This document shows, piece by piece, positions 14,456 through 20,000 of a stretch of 20,000 nucleotides of DNA (position 1 is the stretch's first letter; every line of letters begins with the position of its first letter). Location of the stretch: positions 57,807-77,806 of the forward strand of contig JYFJ02001517.1 in NCBI GenBank assembly GCA_000934665.2, written 5' to 3'. The position numbers and the translations under genes are program-made. The notes under the pieces are model-generated. The model was not told the origin of the DNA and did no database searches. It worked only from the letters and a program-made list of their open reading frames with translations. This DNA is from Catajapyx aquilonaris (lineage: Eukaryota).

Positions 14456-17400
14456 TTATGAGGTAACATGTTCGGCATGATCAGAGAAATTCACTGATCG
14501 CACTTCTCCATTCCATGCCATATTGTCATATATCCCACCATTTTCTTTCCACGTCTTCTTGATAATGTCAGCGGCCTTTTCTGCTATCATAAGGACAGCA
14601 GCATTCACATTGGCATTGACCAGGGTAGGCATAACTGAAGCATCCACAACCCTTAAGCCACCAACTCCATGCACCCTAAAAGAAAATATGACACATATAT
14701 AGAGTACAGTACACAATGAAATAGCTTTTACAGCTATAGAGTCGACTGCATAAAATAATATATTATTGGATGACTTTGGATGCAGTATACATTTATATAA
14801 ACCGTACATAGAATATCTTTAGTTGTGTTCACACAACCTGCCTTTAAAACGTATATGAGCTGTCCACAGAATATGGGCTAATCATGCTGACCTTAAATGT
14901 GGATCCACCACCGAAGTTGGGTCAGATTTGTGCCCCATTTTGCAGGTACCAACTGGATGATAGGCTGTTAAAGTTAAATGGCGGGCATAGCATTCCCAAT
15001 ATCTCCTGTTTATCATGTCGAAGTTGTCACAGCCAGGTATGGGATCAGCAGGCAAGGTTGCTCCGAGATTTTTAAAAGGTGCAGTTCTACTTATATTTAT
15101 GGACAGTTGAATTGCTGTAAGAAAGAGTGATGATAGCCAATATATTATCAATCTGTGTGTGACAGTATAATTTACCACTCACCGTCCAGCAAAATTTCCA
15201 TGTCATCAGGATGGGAAAAGTAGTTTGGGTCGATCATTGGTTCCTTGGTTGGATCAGAACTGACCAGCCAGAGTCGACCCCTACTCTTGGGCCTGCCAAT
15301 GACTGCGTTAAAATGAAATGCATCTTTTCCTTCATGAGGTCTGAACATGTGGTCGACTATCTGTAAAATAAATATTTATAAAGGCCCTTAAAGCACCTTT
15401 TATTTCGAAAGTGGAATTGCGAGCTTAGGTCAAGAACTATAGATTTACGATAATTATGGCGGTAGTAGTGGTAATACTTGCATTCTTTTTGATGTTGATT
15501 CCAATAAATCCATCAGATGCAAATTTGGATATTGCAACTGGAACAAAAGTTAGTTGAATGTCAGGCCAAGAGGTCTCATTTAATGACGACTTCACAAATG
15601 CGGATCCGTGCACAATGGAAGACGTTAGAATACCTGGAAATATAATATCAATGCATCCTGAGTTAAAAATCATGATTGACTCTACGGCGCATTGCCACTA
15701 TAATGTTACCTTTTCCTCGAGTGAGATAATCCCATCCCTCTACCAACGTAATATCTCTTTCTGGTAACAGTGACACAGTTTTGTTGATAAGGAATGGAGA
15801 AACGAAAGTTCCATAATGATCCTGAAGATTATTGCCCACTTCTAAGTTGGCAACAACAGGGATCTTTTGTCATCATGGAAGAAATGGCAAAAACATTTTA
15901 AAATCACATATAATTTTTTTTCTTCTTCAATAAATAATTTGTCACCTTTAAAGATTTCAGATCCTCAGCGGGCCCAATACCAGATAACATAAGCAGCTTT
16001 GGGGAAGCTATTGCTCCAGCTGATAATATGACTTCCTTCCGGCACTTCAGGTTTAAAATTCTTCCAAATCTGTTGACTTGCACTCCATACGCACTCGTGT
16101 TATTTCCTATTAGCACCTATGGAAAGATTATGCAGAACAATGACTACCAAATAGTGTACAGGGAATTAGGAATAGGATGAAAGTGTGACAATAAGAACTC
16201 ACCTTGTGAACTTCTGTCCTAGTCATGACCTGCAAATTTGGCCTCTTTAAAATCGGAGTCAAAAAACAGTGGTATGAACTGCACCTTTCACCAAAACGCT
16301 GTGTCATAGGTATGCTCCAAAATCCTATCAGAAAGCAAGATTATAAGTGTACAACCAAGAGAAAATCAGTAGCAAATCTTAAAGCATTATACTAGCTATA
16401 CTGTATAAAGACATGAAATGCAGAATGATCAGTCATATTTTACTGATTTCGAGATGCGATGATCTGCAGTTTAAATTTTCCATTATCCCTTGCGGAATGA
16501 GTTTTTAAATCTAAGGTGATGTAATTTAATTATCACGAGAGTCCGACTGACTCAATTCTGAATTACTCAATATTGACGAAAACACGACTTGCATTTCAGA
16601 AATTCATATTTTCATTTGTGTAATTTATAATATTACCCTCTTGTTGGATTAGGTTCCATTTGGGATATGATTTGTATCCTAAAAGTTCTCCTGCTCGTAG
16701 GAATTCAGTTTCTAGGGGTTGATAAGACGGGTAACTCACTGTCATGTAACTGGGCCTGTTGCTTAGATGAAATGCTTCGCGAACCATTCCTGTAAAACCA
16801 AAGGTTTCTAAAGGACATTATCATGAGAAATAAGAACAAACTCTTTGTAATTCATCGGTAATTAAATCTGTAATACACTGCCTTAATTAGATGTTGGGAT
16901 TAATATTAAGTTGTTCTTACGCCATGGATCATATCCCTCGGTGCCATTGACACTTTTCTCAAAGTATGGCAGGACATCTTTATATCCCCAACCAGAATTC
17001 CCCATCTCTTCCCAGCTGTCAAAATCTTCCTGGTGACCTCTAAAGTACATCATGAAATCAATGCTACTGCTTCCACCCAATCCATGACCAAGGCGCCAGA
17101 GAGACCTCTGCAAAAAATTGAAGCACCAATAAGCAAATCTCAATCAATTGTATAACTCCGCATTTTTTTGTATCACTAATGCAAGTGACAGTATACAATA
17201 TTAATAATAAACTCTTCTTAACTCATTCCTGTATTTTTGAGATGATGCACAATGTAAACTTCAGTATGTAGGGCACACTATAGCAAGGTTTAAATATTAA
17301 CTCACCCTGCCATTAAGTCCCTCACAACTATGCATTTGTGGCACAGTCAACTTCTCCTTTGTATAAGGCGATTTTAGCATGACATTTGACATGAAGGGAA

Positions 17401-18275
17401 TGTTCCCAACAGGTGGAAAAAAGGGATCCCCTCCTGATTCCAAGAGCAGGACTTGGAAATCCGGATTTTCCGACAACCGACTGGCAAGGACGCATCCTGC
17501 AGAACCAGCCCCAACTATAAAGAAATGACGATACAGCCCATTCAATAATATTATATGAGTCTAGATCACGTGATGAACAAAAATTTGCCCCTTTAATGTT
17601 AATTTCATACACAGATTACACTGCACTAATTACCCTCAGTGTAATTGCAACAAAAGATCCTTGCCCCAGGCTATATACGTTATTATAGTGCAGACAAATT
17701 GGCTAACGAGTCTTGCAACATTCTCTAAATTGCCACCGCCCTCATCTTATTGACTACTCATGCATTTTTTATCCGTTTTCCTTGGGACTTTCTTTTCTCA
17801 CGCTTCATAAGTGAGAATGTAACTATAGTATGCTTAAGAGTATGAAAACGTGTGGAACTAATAAGTGATAAGATAATTAGTAATCAGTACTGAAAAGGAT
17901 AATAGTTTGGGACCTAAGACAAATTATGAAATTAATTAGATCATATTGGAGTAAAAAATATCACACTGACATAAACATATCCGACTTGGTGGGCATTGAA
18001 GGGCATATTGCATTGCAAACATTCCCAGAACTGTGTTCACGTAGTACTGAACACTTTTTAAGGACACTCAATCAAAGAGAAGTCTAATTTAAAATTGAGT
18101 AATAATAAATCAGATATGTTGATAACTTACCTATAATGAAGTCGTAATCCTTAGTCTCAATATCTTCGAAGTCATACAGGTTGAGTATATACAGCAGGGT
18201 GTCATCGAAATAGTTATATAGGCCACAAGTTATCGAAAAGAGGATTAAACAATACCGTATCACTGAAGGGTCCAT
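14456..18275 (-). CDS. GMC oxidoreductase paralog C, about 637 aa, divergent
   Basis: Exons: 18275-18131, 17514-17306, 17107-16921, 16789-16637, 16324-16203, 16116-15946, 15863-15710, 15633-15482, 15360-15183, 15114-14892, 14675-14456 (1914 nt). Motifs: [77 protein letters not shown]. Intron 8 probably has a GC donor. Confidence 0.93.
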
Positions 18276-18318
18276 AATTACGTCAACAGAGTCTCGATCA
18301 AACAAATATTATTTTATC

Positions 18319-18330
18319 TCACATTTGCAT
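18319..18330 (-). promoter_or_regulatory. Short uORF (ATG CAA ATG TGA) in the GMC-C 5'UTR
   Basis: Lies between a likely acceptor (catttcag, AG at 18344-18343) and the main ATG at 18275. Confidence 0.4.
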
Positions 18331-19224
18331 TGCTGGATGATTCTGAAATGTAATTGCAAAAGACGTAAATTTATGACTGCCTCTAAATTTTTGAGACTTT
18401 AAATTGAGACCAATAATGCAGAAGTTGATAAATGTTTGTAAAAAAACTCTTGTTGCATGAACTGCAAGAATAAAAACAGTTCCATGACACTTACGAATTG
18501 AACATTAAAGTATGTGACTTTATGATATACTGTATGCAACAAAATCCAGTGCAAAATAAAACAGGACTGGTAGACAAGTAAGTACCTGGTAACTATACTT
18601 TACACACATCAGGCACAAATGATTCTTGCAGACAATCCAAAAGCAAGAAAATATTAAATGATAATCCTACTCAATAGTACATGCATTACTGCAATCCTTT
18701 GAAATAATACGTGCATACCTACATGCATCTTCTCAGTTGTCTTGCCGGCCTCTAAAAGAGGCAGTCACTTATTGCCGGTGTAAAGTGACGCAAAAAATTT
18801 TGCTCGTGTTACGGCAATATCAGAATAAAAAAACTTTGTAGTTGTGGAAACTACTCTCTTTCTTCTGATATAGTTGTGACGGCAGATAATTCAGACCTTT
18901 CACAAGGCTGCTTTTTGCGCCAGGTCAGTTCATATTAGTAAAACAGGCGTTCATGTTGCATGTATTGTTGATGCATGCAGTGAAGAAAGCAGAGTCTGGT
19001 TTATTACTGCCTGAAGCGATTTACCTTTCAGCACTAACAATGGTAACTGACGCGAAAACTTAAGATCAGATTTACATTTTTAAAAATACATTCGTCACAA
19101 AATCCCACGAAATATCTGGTGCACCTAACGAGTGGCTGCTTAAACCAGTCGCTCGATGTCATTAGGAATGAGATCCGTGAAGAAAATGAGGGTAAGATAT
19201 TGAAAAGTTAGCTCTTTCAAAGTA

Positions 19225-19328
19225 CAGGGCTGGAACTGGTTTTTGCCCTTCAAAATACTGACTTTACTGACTTTTAAGGCAAAATTACTGACCAATTACT
19301 GACCATTATTTACTGACCTTGGAACTGG
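19225..19328 (+). mobile_element. Probable DNA-transposon (hAT-like) end fragment with TACTGAC subterminal repeats
   Basis: Begins CAGGGCTGG. Five TACTGAC copies (19256, 19265, 19286, 19297, 19311). TGGAACTGG direct repeat at 19231 and 19320. Confidence 0.45.
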
Positions 19329-19354
19329 GTTATAGGCAACTATATACACAAAAA

Positions 19355-19690
19355 GGGGGAGGCGGAGTGATGCTACGGTAACGTATGCGCCCATGGATGT
19401 TAAGGTCCCGGGTTCGATCCCAACCCGGGGACACCCCCTTCATCTCGTGCAGAGTTCAGGGTCACCTCTGGCTTCGTCTCTGGTGGTATTTCCTACAGAC
19501 TAAACCACCCGGGGGAGTTCACTAAAAATGGCCACAGCGTCAGATGCACTGCACCTTGCACATCCCCTCCTGTCATTTTGCCCGTGGGCCCGGGCGCTTC
19601 AACTATAATAGGTTCCAATATTGTATAATAGTTCAAAAATAAAGGTCTGTGTGATATATCCCCATTTGGGGGTGAAAGCACTATCCCAGG

Positions 19691-19758
<68 letters not shown>
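19355..19758 (+). mobile_element. tRNA-derived SINE, about 400 bp, with (ATT)n tail
   Basis: GGGG start, degenerate A box (TGATGCTACGG, 19368-19378), clear B box (GGTTCGATCCC, 19411-19421), GC-richer body, 3' stem-loop CCCCA-TT-TGGGG (19660-19671) followed by GAAAGCACTAT, and an (ATT)n tail at 19691-19758. Confidence 0.85.
19691..19758 (+). repeat. (ATT)n microsatellite (SINE tail)
   Basis: About 22.7 perfect ATT units. Confidence 0.99.
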
Positions 19759-20000
19759 CAGTGATGGGGAGTATCTAGATACAAGTATCTAGATACCGTA
19801 TCTAGATACCAAAACGGGTATCTTTCATCTTATCTAGATAATTTGAAGTTTGTGTATCTATACTTGTATCTAGCTACTTTACACGTAGCATCTGATGGCA
19901 TCACCAGATACTTTTCCAGATACTTTTTAGGCGATTTTTCTGATGAAAACATGATTCCCCTACACAGAAATAAATGCAGTAATGCACCGTTCCGCACTGG
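19759..20000 (+). mobile_element. Left end of a hAT-like non-autonomous DNA transposon/MITE
   Basis: Starts CAGTGATGGG, like hAT-type TIRs. Followed by GTATCTAGATAC palindromes at 19771, 19785 and 19798, degenerate copies at 19831, 19854 and 19866, and CCAGATACTTTT twice. The other end is not in the window. Confidence 0.65.

Noticed and set aside
19355..19435. Functional tRNA gene
   Set aside because: No convincing cloverleaf or acceptor stem and no poly-T terminator; the sequence continues into a SINE body and tail.
19771..19877. CRISPR-like array
   Set aside because: Repeats are 12 bp with irregular 1-20 nt gaps, there are no cas genes, and the context is eukaryotic.

Overview
AT-rich eukaryotic (probably invertebrate, arthropod-like) genomic DNA. 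It carries three head-to-tail, multi-exon GMC oxidoreductase genes (glucose dehydrogenase [FAD, quinone]-like) on the minus strand: GMC-C 18275->14456 (11 coding exons, about 637 aa), GMC-B 11716->8384 (11 exons, about 620 aa, ends in KDEL) and GMC-A 3352->beyond base 1 (9 exons, 3' end outside the window). I built the exon models by hand; intron positions and phases match across paralogs. Three of the 28 coding introns have non-GT donors at the homologous position (2 GC, 1 GG). GMC-A lacks two adjacent introns found in its neighbours. GMC-C has a diverged flavin-contact motif (conserved Asn replaced by Asp). The right end holds a tRNA-derived SINE with an (ATT)n tail, abutted by a hAT-like element end built from GTATCTAGATAC palindromes. 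Non-coding DNA is enriched in TA-CWG-TA motifs resembling Tc1/mariner excision footprints. All protein calls rest on motif recognition; no database search was run.
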